This document shows, in pieces, positions 55,372 to 63,968 of a DNA stretch of 64,000 nucleotides (its first letter is position 1; each line of letters begins with the position of its first letter). A program made the translations under genes and the position numbers. The stretch is from an uncultured Christensenella sp. (GTDB lineage: Bacteria; Bacillota; Clostridia; Christensenellales; CAG-138): NCBI GenBank assembly GCA_964426415.1, contig CAYRQM010000001.1, forward strand, positions 66,803 through 130,802, written 5' to 3'. A model generated the notes under the pieces. It worked only from the letters and a program-made list of their open reading frames with translations. It made no database searches and was not told the DNA's origin.

Positions 55372-55890
55372 ATGATTTTGCGCGCCAAGGGCTTCACCTA
55401 CATGGATGCGCGGATGCGGCTTGTGTTTTTGAACAGCGACCTGTCCGACGAGGAAGCCCGCATCGTGCTGGCGCATGAGGAAGGGCATATCTGCTGCAAC
55501 CATTTCGATCACAAAGCGTTGGCGGGGCGGGACGTAACCGAGGAACATGAGGCGAACGAGTTTGCCCATGTCGTGCTGACCGCCAAACGCCCCTCCGCGG
55601 TGCTGCGCTTTTGCAAGCGGCACCTTTGGCTTCTCCTTCTGCTTGCGGCGCTCGTCGCCGCCGCCATCGCCGTGCCCATCGTCGTGACGCGCTGCGTCCA
55701 ATCGCAGGCGCAGCAGTCCGCCACGCCCGCCTTTGGCGACTACTACCTCACCGCCACCGGCTCCAAGTACCACCTTGCCACCTGCGGATACGTCGCGGGC
55801 AAGGAGGGCACGCACAAAATGACCAAAGCCGAATTCGACAGCGGGCTGTACAGCCCCTGCAAGTATTGCCTGTCCCAATATCAAAACTAA
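55372..55890 (+). CDS. ImmA/IrrE-type zinc metallopeptidase core (HExxH) fused to a TM helix and a C-terminal Cys-motif domain
   Basis: KGFTYMDARMRLVFLNSDLSDEEARIVLAHEEGHICCNH (HEEGH is an HExxH motif) and EHEANEFA. TM helix LWLLLLLAALVAAAIAVPIVV. Tail has GSKYHLATCGYV...YSPCKYC. No RBS before the ATG at 55372. Confidence 0.72.
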   Translation: MILRAKGFTYMDARMRLVFLNSDLSDEEARIVLAHEEGHICCNHFDHKALAGRDVTEEHEANEFAHVVLTAKRPSAVLRFCKRHLWLLLLLAALVAAAIAVPIVVTRCVQSQAQQSATPAFGDYYLTATGSKYHLATCGYVAGKEGTHKMTKAEFDSGLYSPCKYCLSQYQN

Positions 55891-55900
55891 CGCCATCATA

Positions 55901-55931
55901 AAAGCACCCGACGCGAAGTCGGGCGCTTTTG
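55901..55931. terminator. bidirectional terminator between the peptidase gene and convergent rnfB
   Basis: AAAGCACCCGAC-5 nt-GTCGGGCGCTTTT. Confidence 0.65.
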
Positions 55932-55941
55932 CGTTTGCGCA

Positions 55942-56778
55942 TTATTTCTCCCAGTCGTAGCTCTCGTGAAGCCCTTCGAAGAAATTGTAGATGCAATGCA
56001 TGGGGCACGCTGCCGCACACGCGCCGCAGCGGGTGCACTTTGCGGCGTCGATCTCCGCCACACCGTTCACCACATGGATGGCGTCGGAGGGGCATTCGCG
56101 CTCACAGCGTTTGCAGCCGATGCAAGCCGTCTTGCACTGCAGCCGCGCCGTTTTGCCGATCTCGGTGTTGCGGCATTGGACGACGATGTACTTGTTCTTG
56201 GGCAGCAGCGTGATGATGCTGCGCGGACAGGCGTTGACGCACGCGCCGCAGCCGGTGCAGTAGTCGTCGTTGATGCGCGCCACGCCGTTTTCCAGCGTGA
56301 TGGCGTGGAACTTGCACACGTCGTAGCAGTCGCCATAGCCCAAGCAGGAAAAGCTGCAAGCCTTTGGCCCGCCTGAAAGGTTCGCCGCCGCACGGCAGCT
56401 TTTGGGGCCTTGGTATTCGTAGCGGACGCTGACATTGTCACAGGTGCCGTTGCAGCGCACCCGCGCCACCATACGGTCGCCCACATCGCCCGCGTTGACG
56501 CCCATGACGGCGGCAACCGCTTCGGCAGACTTTTTGCCGCCTGCGGTACAGCCCGAAACGGGCGCTTTGCCGTCTACCACCGCCTGCGCAAACCCGTCGC
56601 AGCCCGCATAGCCGCATGCGCCGCAGTTGGCGCCCGCCAGACAGGCGCGCACCTGTTCCACACGCGGGTCGGTTTCCACGGCAAATTTCTTGCCGACTAC
56701 GCCCAAGAGCAGCCCAAATACGCCGCCCAGCACCGTCAGAATCCCCACGGCAATGAGGATGGGAAGAATGGTTTCCAT
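55942..56778 (-). CDS. rnfB: Rnf electron-transport complex subunit B (polyferredoxin)
   Basis: N-terminal TM helix, CGACGYAGC cluster, and repeated CxxCxxCxxxCP motifs (CTGCGACVNACP, CIGCKRCERECP, CTRCGACAAACP). Confidence 0.92.
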   Translation of the reverse strand: METILPILIAVGILTVLGGVFGLLLGVVGKKFAVETDPRVEQVRACLAGANCGACGYAGCDGFAQAVVDGKAPVSGCTAGGKKSAEAVAAVMGVNAGDVGDRMVARVRCNGTCDNVSVRYEYQGPKSCRAAANLSGGPKACSFSCLGYGDCYDVCKFHAITLENGVARINDDYCTGCGACVNACPRSIITLLPKNKYIVVQCRNTEIGKTARLQCKTACIGCKRCERECPSDAIHVVNGVAEIDAAKCTRCGACAAACPMHCIYNFFEGLHESYDWEK

Positions 56779-56791
56779 TGCGTCGCCCCCT

Positions 56792-57403
56792 TTAGCTCAG
56801 ATTGGAGAACAGCCCCGAAAAGCCCATAAACGCCACCGCCATCAAACCTGCCGTAATCAGCGAGATGGGGAAGCCCTTGAGGGATTTGGGGATGTTGGAA
56901 TCTTCCATGCGTTCCCGCACGCCTGCCATCAGCACAATGGCAAGGAGGAACCCCAGTGCGCCGAACACGCCGTTGAGCACCGCCCAGACAAGCCCGACGC
57001 CACCTGAAAATTCGACGTTCAGCAGGCAGACGCCCAGCACCGCGCAGTTGGTGGTAATCAGCGGCAGATAGATGCCCAGCGCGCCGTACAGCGCAGGGCT
57101 GCATTTCTTGAGGAACATCTCGACGCATTGCACCAGCGCGGCAATGACCAAAATGAAGCAGATGGTTTGGAGGTACTGAAGCCCCCACAGCACCAGCAGC
57201 GCGTTGACGCCGTAGGTGATGAGGGACGCCAGCGCCATGACGAATGTGACCGCCATGCCCATGCCAAACGCCGTTTCGACCTTGCTCGATACGCCCAAAA
57301 ACGGGCAGCAGCCCAAGAAGCGCGAGAAGATGAAGTTGTTGGTGAGAATGCAGCTGACCATGAACAGCAGGACGCTGCCGATGGTGATGGTATCGTAGTT
57401 CAT
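56792..57403 (-). CDS. rnfA: Rnf complex subunit A
   Basis: Six TM helices. NNFIFSRFLGCCPFLGVS and TNCAVLGV motifs shared with NqrE/RnfA. ATGA overlap with the rnfE stop. Confidence 0.92.
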   Translation of the reverse strand: MNYDTITIGSVLLFMVSCILTNNFIFSRFLGCCPFLGVSSKVETAFGMGMAVTFVMALASLITYGVNALLVLWGLQYLQTICFILVIAALVQCVEMFLKKCSPALYGALGIYLPLITTNCAVLGVCLLNVEFSGGVGLVWAVLNGVFGALGFLLAIVLMAGVRERMEDSNIPKSLKGFPISLITAGLMAVAFMGFSGLFSNLS

Positions 57404-58032
57404 GCTTGCACCTCCTTCTTGGCGCGGCGCGCTTCGAACTTGGCGGTGATGAGGTTCATGCACCACAGCAGCAGTCCGAACACGATGAACCCGCCCGCAG
57501 GCAGGATGGTCAGCAGCATGGGCTCGTAGGATGCGGGCAAAACGGAAAGCCCAAAGAGAGAACCGTTGCCGATCAATTCACGGATGGCGCCCATCAGCGT
57601 GATGGCAAGCGTGAAGCCCAGCCCCATGCCGACGCCGTCCACGGCGGAAAGCAGCACGGTGTTTTTGCTGGCAAACGCTTCGGCGCGTGCCAAGATGATG
57701 CAGTTGACCACGATCAGCGGAATGAACATGCCCAGCGCGTCGTACAGCGACGGGACAAACGCCTGCATGAGCATTTGTACCATGGTGACGAACGTGCAAA
57801 TGACCACGATGAACGCGGGGATGCGGATTTTGTCGGGGATGAAGCGGCGCAGCAGCGAGATGACCACATTGCTGCCAAGCAGCACGAACGTCGCCGCAAG
57901 CCCCATGCCCACGCCGTTGATGGCGCTGGTGGTGACCGCCATGGTGGGGCAAGTGCCCAGCACAAGGCGGAAGGTGGGGTTCTCGGTGAGGATGCCGTTC
58001 AAAAAGACGGATGAAAGCTTTTTCTTTTCCAT
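57400..58032 (-). CDS. rnfE: Rnf complex subunit E
   Basis: ENPTFRLVLGTCPTMAVTTSA and VNCIILARAEAFA motifs of RnfE/NqrD. Confidence 0.92.
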   Translation of the reverse strand: MEKKKLSSVFLNGILTENPTFRLVLGTCPTMAVTTSAINGVGMGLAATFVLLGSNVVISLLRRFIPDKIRIPAFIVVICTFVTMVQMLMQAFVPSLYDALGMFIPLIVVNCIILARAEAFASKNTVLLSAVDGVGMGLGFTLAITLMGAIRELIGNGSLFGLSVLPASYEPMLLTILPAGGFIVFGLLLWCMNLITAKFEARRAKKEVQA

Positions 58033-58033
58033 G

Positions 58034-58594
58034 TTACTTTCCTCCTGCGTAATCGGCTTGGAACGCCGTCAAAATGGCGGTCAGCGCATTGACCTCGTTG
58101 GTGACGGCACGCGACGAGATGGTGGCGCCCGAAACGGCGTCGATCTGTTGGTCGGTGCTTGCCGTGCCATGCTTGACCGCGGTCAGCTCGTCGCTTTTTC
58201 CGATAAACTGATCGGTAAACGCGGCGTCCTTGGTTTTGGCGCCAAGACCTGCCGTCTCTTTGAAGCCGCTGCCGCCCACGGAAATGCCTGTAATCGTGCC
58301 GTCAACGGACAGCCCCACCGTCACTTCGATGACGCCGCCAAAGCCCTTGGTTTCGCCCGACGTCACAAAGCCCACGACCGCGCCCGCAGCGTCGCGCCCC
58401 ACATACACGGTCTCGTCCGCATTGGGCTCGAAGGCTGCGGCTTGGGGCAGGACGGTCTTGCGCGCTTCTTCGGCGGCGGCAAGCGCCTGCTTGGCAATCG
58501 GCTGCTCGGTGACGGCGTGGACGACGCCCAACGCAAGCCCCGCAACCAACGCAATCACCAAAAGACGCCAGCAAAGATTGAGAATGTTACGCAT
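58034..58594 (-). CDS. rnfG: Rnf complex subunit G (FMN-binding)
   Basis: N-terminal TM anchor, FMN_bind domain, flavinylation motif DAVSGATISSRAV. Confidence 0.9.
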   Translation of the reverse strand: MRNILNLCWRLLVIALVAGLALGVVHAVTEQPIAKQALAAAEEARKTVLPQAAAFEPNADETVYVGRDAAGAVVGFVTSGETKGFGGVIEVTVGLSVDGTITGISVGGSGFKETAGLGAKTKDAAFTDQFIGKSDELTAVKHGTASTDQQIDAVSGATISSRAVTNEVNALTAILTAFQADYAGGK

Positions 58595-59546
58595 GGGATT
58601 TCACCTCCCCGTAGACACGCGGCTTGACCCAACGGTCGATCAGCGGCGTTGCGATGTTCATAATGAGAATGGCGTAGGTCACGCCCTCGGGGTAGCTGCC
58701 GAAATAGCGGATGACCGCCACCAACAGCCCGCACCCGACGCCAAAGATGAGCCGTCCGTTGCGCGTCATGGGGTTGGTCACATAGTCGGTTGCCATAAAG
58801 ACCGCCCCAAACAGCACGCCGCCGGACAGCACGGGACGCAGCAGCATATCGGGCAGGTTGGTAAACCCGTCCTTTGCCAGCCCAAACAGGAACGCGAACA
58901 CGATGAACGAGCCGATGAACGACACGGGCACGTCCCATGTGATGACGCCGGAAAGCAGCAGCACCGCAAGCCCGACCAAGATTGCCAGCTTGCACACCTC
59001 GCCCATGGAGCCGGGGATGTCGCCAAAGAACAGCTGCGAGAGGGAGGCGTTATAGGCGCCCTCCTTGGCAAGCACCGTCGCGGAGGATACGGCGTCGGCT
59101 TGGAAGAAACGCGACACGGGTGAAGTGAACGCGGTCATGCGGGTTGGCCAGCTTGCCAACAGCACGGCGCGGGCAGCCAATGCGGGATTGAGAAAGTTGC
59201 AGCCCAGCCCGCCAAAGAGCTGCTTGACCAGCAGGATGGCGACGGCGGCGCCGACAAGCACCATCCACCAAGGGGCGGAGGCGGGAAGATTGAGCGAAAG
59301 GATGACGCCCGTCACCACGGCGGAAAGGTCGCGGATGGTGATGGGACGCTTGGCAATCCATTGCGCCAACGCTTCGAAGCCGACGCAGGAGACGACGGAC
59401 AGCGCGGTCAGAAACAGGACGCGCCAACCGAAATAGTACGCCGCGGCGACATAGACGGGCAGCAGCGCCAACAGCACGGTGCCCATGACCGCTTGGGTGG
59501 TGCGCCGACTGCGCACATGCGGCGCGGGTGAAACACGAAATCCCAT
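58587..59546 (-). CDS. rnfD: Rnf complex subunit D
   Basis: GGAGGT RBS before the ATG at 59546. SPAPHVRS, polytopic NqrB/RnfD fold, PEGVTYAILIMN. Confidence 0.92.
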   Translation of the reverse strand: MGFRVSPAPHVRSRRTTQAVMGTVLLALLPVYVAAAYYFGWRVLFLTALSVVSCVGFEALAQWIAKRPITIRDLSAVVTGVILSLNLPASAPWWMVLVGAAVAILLVKQLFGGLGCNFLNPALAARAVLLASWPTRMTAFTSPVSRFFQADAVSSATVLAKEGAYNASLSQLFFGDIPGSMGEVCKLAILVGLAVLLLSGVITWDVPVSFIGSFIVFAFLFGLAKDGFTNLPDMLLRPVLSGGVLFGAVFMATDYVTNPMTRNGRLIFGVGCGLLVAVIRYFGSYPEGVTYAILIMNIATPLIDRWVKPRVYGEVKSHA

Positions 59547-59548
59547 GG

Positions 59549-60868
59549 TTACCTCCGATTCTTCGCCGCGATCATCTCTTTGGCGATCTTGCATGCCGCG
59601 GTGAGATGCCGATTGGCAGGACAGATGTAGGAGCAGGCGCCGCAGGCGATGCAGTCCATCGCATTGTCCTTTTCGGCGCGTGTCCAGTCCTTGCGCTCGA
59701 CGTCAAACTTGACGGCGTAGGGACGCAGATGGATGGGGCAGACGGAGACGCACCGACCGCAGCGGATGCAGGCGGATTCGGCGTCGGCGCTGTCCATCGC
59801 TTCATCGTAGACCAGAATGCCGCCGCCCGCCTTCGTGACGGAAACGGCGTCGTTCGCACAGCAGAAGCCCGTCATGGGGCCGCCCGAAATGAGCTTTTTC
59901 GGTTCGCCCTTGTAGCCGCCCGCTTGGGCGATGGCGTCCGCGTAGCGCGTGCCGATGCGCAGCCGCAGGTTGACGGGCAGGTTGACCGCGCCCGTGACGG
60001 TGGTGATACGCTCCACCAAGGGCTTGCCCAAAAGAACGGCGTCCGCAACGGCTGCGGCGGTCTCTACATTGAACACCAGCGCGCCCGCGTCGATGGGCAG
60101 CTTCTTTTGCGGAACCTGCTTGCCGGTCACCACTTCGATGAGCTGCTTTTCACCGCCCTGCGGGTACTTGGTTTTCAGAGGCAATACGGAAACGCCGTCA
60201 AGCCCTTCGACGGCGGTGCGCAGCGCCGCGATGCAGCCGGGCTTGTTTTCTTCGACGGCAATCACGCCGCGCTTGACGGAAGCCGCCTTCATCAGAAGCC
60301 GCAAGCCGTTGACGACGCGAGTCGGTTCTTCGAGCATCAGGCGATGGTCGCAGGTCAGATACGGCTCGCATTCCGCACCGTTCAAGATGACCACGTCGGC
60401 AGTCTTGCCTTCGGGGACGTTCAGCTTGACCGCAGACGGGAACGCCGCGCCGCCCATGCCCACAATGCCCGCTTCCTTGACGGCGGCGAGAATGTCTTGG
60501 GGCGTGACGGTTTCCAACGTGCCCTTGGGCGAAAGCGGCGCCCATTCATCCAGCCCGTCGGAGGTGATTTCGATGCAAAGCTCGGGATGCCCCTTGAGCT
60601 GCTGGCGCGGCTCGACCGCCGTGACGGTACCGCTGACGGACGCGTGCACGGCGCAGCCCAGCCCGCCGTTGGGCGTGGCAATCAGCTGCCCCGTCAGGAC
60701 ATGATCGCCCTTTTGCACGCAGGGCGTGGAGGGCGCGCCAAGGTGCATGCCGACCGGAATGACCACCACATCCGCCAAATAGGAGCGGATTGCGGCGTCG
60801 CGGGAAAGCGGCTTGCCCTCATGGATTTGTTGCAGCGGGTGTACGCCGCCGCGGAACGTGTGTTTCAA
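59549..60868 (-). CDS. rnfC: Rnf complex subunit C (NADH-binding, 2x[4Fe-4S])
   Basis: A TTG at 60868 follows GGGAGGAG and gives MKHTFRGGVHP. GMGGAAFP, GAECEPYLT, CIRCGRCVSVCP and CIACGACSYICP. Confidence 0.92.
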   Translation of the reverse strand: MKHTFRGGVHPLQQIHEGKPLSRDAAIRSYLADVVVIPVGMHLGAPSTPCVQKGDHVLTGQLIATPNGGLGCAVHASVSGTVTAVEPRQQLKGHPELCIEITSDGLDEWAPLSPKGTLETVTPQDILAAVKEAGIVGMGGAAFPSAVKLNVPEGKTADVVILNGAECEPYLTCDHRLMLEEPTRVVNGLRLLMKAASVKRGVIAVEENKPGCIAALRTAVEGLDGVSVLPLKTKYPQGGEKQLIEVVTGKQVPQKKLPIDAGALVFNVETAAAVADAVLLGKPLVERITTVTGAVNLPVNLRLRIGTRYADAIAQAGGYKGEPKKLISGGPMTGFCCANDAVSVTKAGGGILVYDEAMDSADAESACIRCGRCVSVCPIHLRPYAVKFDVERKDWTRAEKDNAMDCIACGACSYICPANRHLTAACKIAKEMIAAKNRR

Positions 60869-60902
60869 AGTGACTCCTCCCAATCTCAAATAATGAATAT
60901 AA

Positions 60903-61604
60903 TTATGTAGTCGGAATCATCCACAGCAGCGGATTCATGCGATAGAAGAACCCGCCGATGGGCGAATCGACAAGATAGCCGCCGAGCTTGGTATCGATGG
61001 TCAACAGGATCGGGGCAACCAAAAACAGGATGTACAGCAGCAGCACGCCGTGCAAAAAGCCGATCCCGCAGGAGAACAGGGGATCGAACCGCCGTAAAAC
61101 GGGCAGCCCGCGGGACGCATAATCGACGGTACGCAGGATAAACCCAAACAGCACGCGAAACAGGACGAACAGCGCCAGCAGCGACAGGATGTTGATGACG
61201 ACGTCCACAATGGTTTGGTTGAAATAGTCGCCCAACGTCACGATGTCGTCCTTGGCATAGGCGAGATTTTGGATGTTGCGCGTGACGGCGCGACCCAGTG
61301 GCAGCGGCATATCGGCGTTTTCCACGATGACCGCAAGCTCCTCGTCGGAGACGTCGGAGGCGGGGTCGTGCACCAGCTCGACGGCGGTTTCGTTGATGTA
61401 TTCGTAGCCTTCGAAATAGTACAGCATGCTGCCGTAAAGGGATTCGTTGCTCTTGACGCCGCCCGCCAAGACGGGCACCATCAGCAGCGCAAGAAAGAAG
61501 GATACGACCGTAATGCCAATGCTGAGCGCAGAGTAAATCACCCCACGGTAATACCCCGCAAGGATGCACAGACCCAGAACGACAAGCACGAGTACGCTGA
61601 CCAT
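60903..61604 (-). CDS. CvpA-family membrane protein
   Basis: AAAGGAG RBS. VLVLVVLGLCILAGYYRGVI N-terminus and four TM helices with a central soluble insert. Confidence 0.7.
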   Translation of the reverse strand: MVSVLVLVVLGLCILAGYYRGVIYSALSIGITVVSFFLALLMVPVLAGGVKSNESLYGSMLYYFEGYEYINETAVELVHDPASDVSDEELAVIVENADMPLPLGRAVTRNIQNLAYAKDDIVTLGDYFNQTIVDVVINILSLLALFVLFRVLFGFILRTVDYASRGLPVLRRFDPLFSCGIGFLHGVLLLYILFLVAPILLTIDTKLGGYLVDSPIGGFFYRMNPLLWMIPTT

Positions 61605-61619
61605 AGACGCTCCTTTCGA

Positions 61620-62816
61620 TTAGTTCAAAATCGTTTTGTAGCAGGCGGTATCGGTGAACAGCAGAAATGCGGAATCTTGGTATTCCAGCACGGCGGTGGG
61701 CAGATACCGAAGCTCGATGTCCAACCGCTTGGAACCCGCATAGGTGTAGGTGTTGAAGCGATTGGTGGTAAAGACATAGATGACGTTGTTTTGCAGGTAC
61801 GCGCCCACAATCTGCGCCGGCATGTACAGCTGCATGATGGTGGACCAAGTGTCGTCGTCCTCCGAAACGGTGAGCAGGCGTAAGAGGTTCGAGGAGCCGC
61901 CCGCCGTGACGTTGGGCATTTCGATGAAGTACGCGCCGCCGCTGCCGTAAGCGAAATCGACGATGGTCGTGCCGAACACGCGCACGCGGTAGCGCTCGGA
62001 GGAGAATCCGCCGTCGTCCTCGCGGTCGTAGCGGATGATGTCCTGCGTGCCCACCAAAAAGAGGCATTTTTCGGAGACGTAGGCGTCGTAGATGGTTTGG
62101 TTGTAAAAGTGATCGGAGTAGAACAGCAGCGTGCCGCCCGTCGTGCAGTCGTAGATACGCACCAGCGATTCTTCGGTGAATTGCCCCACGTCGACGGTGG
62201 ACACCCACAAAAGCTCTTTGCCGCCGACCGTGAAAAAGTCGAACGCAATCACGTCGCTTGCGCCAAGCGGCACGACGCCTGCCGTCGGGGTGGAGCCGTC
62301 GGCGTTTGCGGCGGCGCGCACCAGCAGGATGTTGCGGTCGTCCGCATCGGTTTCGTACAGGACGGCGCCGTAGCTGCTGCCCGCCCGCACGTCCATCACG
62401 TCGCCGCCCGAAAGGGAGAAGTAGTTGTGTCCCTGCACCTGCACCGCGCTGCCCGCGTACAGAATGGTGACGTTGGCGGAGGCGTCAAAGCCCTCGACGG
62501 AGCCGCTCATGGAGGTGGCGACCACCTTGTCGGAGGCGCTTGCCCGCAGCTTGACCAGCGCGGCGGCGGTGCGGTAGGAAAGTACGTCGTCCTTGAGCTG
62601 GTAGTTGTAGCCCACGGCGACGTTCGTTTCGGTGTAGACGAGCTTTGCTGCCTGATCGCCATAGACCAAGAAGACCAGCGCCGCGACGGCGATGAGCAGA
62701 ATCATGGCGGCAACGCCAAAGATGGAAAGACGCGATACCGTCATCTTTCCGACGTTCAGCTTGGTTTCCGAGCTGGCACGAATATAGTCTTTGAAGCGCT
62801 GCCAAGAAGAGCTCAT
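61620..62816 (-). CDS. membrane-anchored beta-rich protein of unknown function (possibly DUF5711-like)
   Basis: The ATG at 62816 overlaps the stop of the upstream kinase gene (ATGA). One TM helix (LSIFGVAAMILLIAVAALVFLVY) followed by ~340 aa rich in short beta-strand-like repeats. The track start at 63059 is an extension. Confidence 0.6.
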   Translation of the reverse strand: MSSSWQRFKDYIRASSETKLNVGKMTVSRLSIFGVAAMILLIAVAALVFLVYGDQAAKLVYTETNVAVGYNYQLKDDVLSYRTAAALVKLRASASDKVVATSMSGSVEGFDASANVTILYAGSAVQVQGHNYFSLSGGDVMDVRAGSSYGAVLYETDADDRNILLVRAAANADGSTPTAGVVPLGASDVIAFDFFTVGGKELLWVSTVDVGQFTEESLVRIYDCTTGGTLLFYSDHFYNQTIYDAYVSEKCLFLVGTQDIIRYDREDDGGFSSERYRVRVFGTTIVDFAYGSGGAYFIEMPNVTAGGSSNLLRLLTVSEDDDTWSTIMQLYMPAQIVGAYLQNNVIYVFTTNRFNTYTYAGSKRLDIELRYLPTAVLEYQDSAFLLFTDTACYKTILN

Positions 62817-63718
62817 GGTTCTCCTTTCAAAACAGAGTTGGGGACGCGCACGCGCATCGCTTTGGGAAGGACTTGAAAGACGACGGGCGTACCTTGCATC
62901 CGTTCGCCGTCCACTTCGATGCGCGAAACGGGATCGCATACGATGGAGACTCGCCGCGCCTTGCGGTAGGTGATGTAGGGCAGGGCCGTGTGCTCGCCCT
63001 TGATGAACTTGGACAACAGCTGCAGAAGCTTGCGCCGTGTGACGTCGTGGGCGATGCACAGATCCAGCAGCCCGTCGGTCATGTCGGCTTCGGGCGTGAC
63101 GCGCATCCCACCGCCGAAATACTGTCCGTTGCCCGCGACGGCAAGCAGGACGTTTTGCTCGACGGTTCCGTCCTCAAACGCGATGGTGGAGGGGCGCAGC
63201 ATCAGCCCAAAAACCGCCTTCAGCACGCCCAAGATATACGCCAAGCTGCCGTTGCCCTTGCAGATGGGCTTATACTGTTCGGTGTAGTCCAGCACGTCCA
63301 CATCGAACCCAAACCCTGCCACGTTGAAGAAGATTTGCTCATTGGCTTGTCCCGCGTCCACCGTCAAATCCGTGCCGTGCAGCAGCGTGTCCACCGCATC
63401 GGACACGGCAAGCGGAATGCCAAGCGGCCGCACATAATCGTTGCCCGTGCCGCAGGGGATGATGCCCAAAACCTTGTCCGTATGGACGACCGACAGCGCC
63501 GTCTCCCGAATGGTTCCGTCGCCGCCCACGGCAACGATGCAGTCGAACCCTTCGGCAATCGCTTCGGCGGCAAGCGCGGTGGCGTGACCCATATATTCGG
63601 TGCGCCGCACGACAAAGTCTGCACCTGCCAAGGTAAGCGCGGCGACCGCGTCGTCGATGGACTTTTGCGCCGCACCGCTCTTGGCGGTTGGGTTGCAAAT
63701 CAAGCAATAGCGTTCCAT
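62813..63718 (-). CDS. diacylglycerol/lipid kinase family protein (YegS/DagK-like)
   Basis: CLICNPTAKSG, VAVGGDGTIRE (GGDGT), GIIPCGTGND. Confidence 0.88.
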   Translation of the reverse strand: MERYCLICNPTAKSGAAQKSIDDAVAALTLAGADFVVRRTEYMGHATALAAEAIAEGFDCIVAVGGDGTIRETALSVVHTDKVLGIIPCGTGNDYVRPLGIPLAVSDAVDTLLHGTDLTVDAGQANEQIFFNVAGFGFDVDVLDYTEQYKPICKGNGSLAYILGVLKAVFGLMLRPSTIAFEDGTVEQNVLLAVAGNGQYFGGGMRVTPEADMTDGLLDLCIAHDVTRRKLLQLLSKFIKGEHTALPYITYRKARRVSIVCDPVSRIEVDGERMQGTPVVFQVLPKAMRVRVPNSVLKGEP

Positions 63719-63889
63719 GCGTTCCCCATACTTTCCTATTATTTCAGTTTTTTATCTTACCACAGAAACTGCGTGGGGTCAAGCAGACACGCACGACTTT
63801 CCAGAATTGGCGCACGACCATATATTATGGATAGAATCGCACAGCATTGCAAACAATTTGCAACATTGGAATGAATTTGAGAACGGTTC

Positions 63890-63918
63890 TTGCAAATATG
63901 GAACGGGTATGGTATAGT
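63890..63918 (+). promoter_or_regulatory. sigma-A-type promoter for the gene starting at 63969
   Basis: TTGCAA (63890-63895), 17 nt, TGGTATAGT (63910-63918). Confidence 0.45.
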
Positions 63919-63968
63919 AATCCAACACTGGCGGAGTATGTGCCGCTTATTAATGAAGGAGAAGAAAC

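Noticed and set aside
53190-55900. Possible prophage or ICE remnant around the XRE/ImmA-like module.
   Set aside because: No integrase, recombinase, excisionase, phage structural or conjugation genes, and no tRNA or att-like direct repeats are visible in the flanks. Only the two- or three-gene regulatory module is present, so a mobile element cannot be supported from this window.
59528-62208. 460-aa plus-strand ORF (59528-60910) and 440-aa minus-strand alternate-frame ORF (60886-62208).
   Set aside because: The first is antisense to rnfC. The second is an Arg/His-rich alternate frame running across the cvpA and beta-rich protein genes and the intergenic gap between them. Both real frames have RBS sequences and coherent membrane or domain features.
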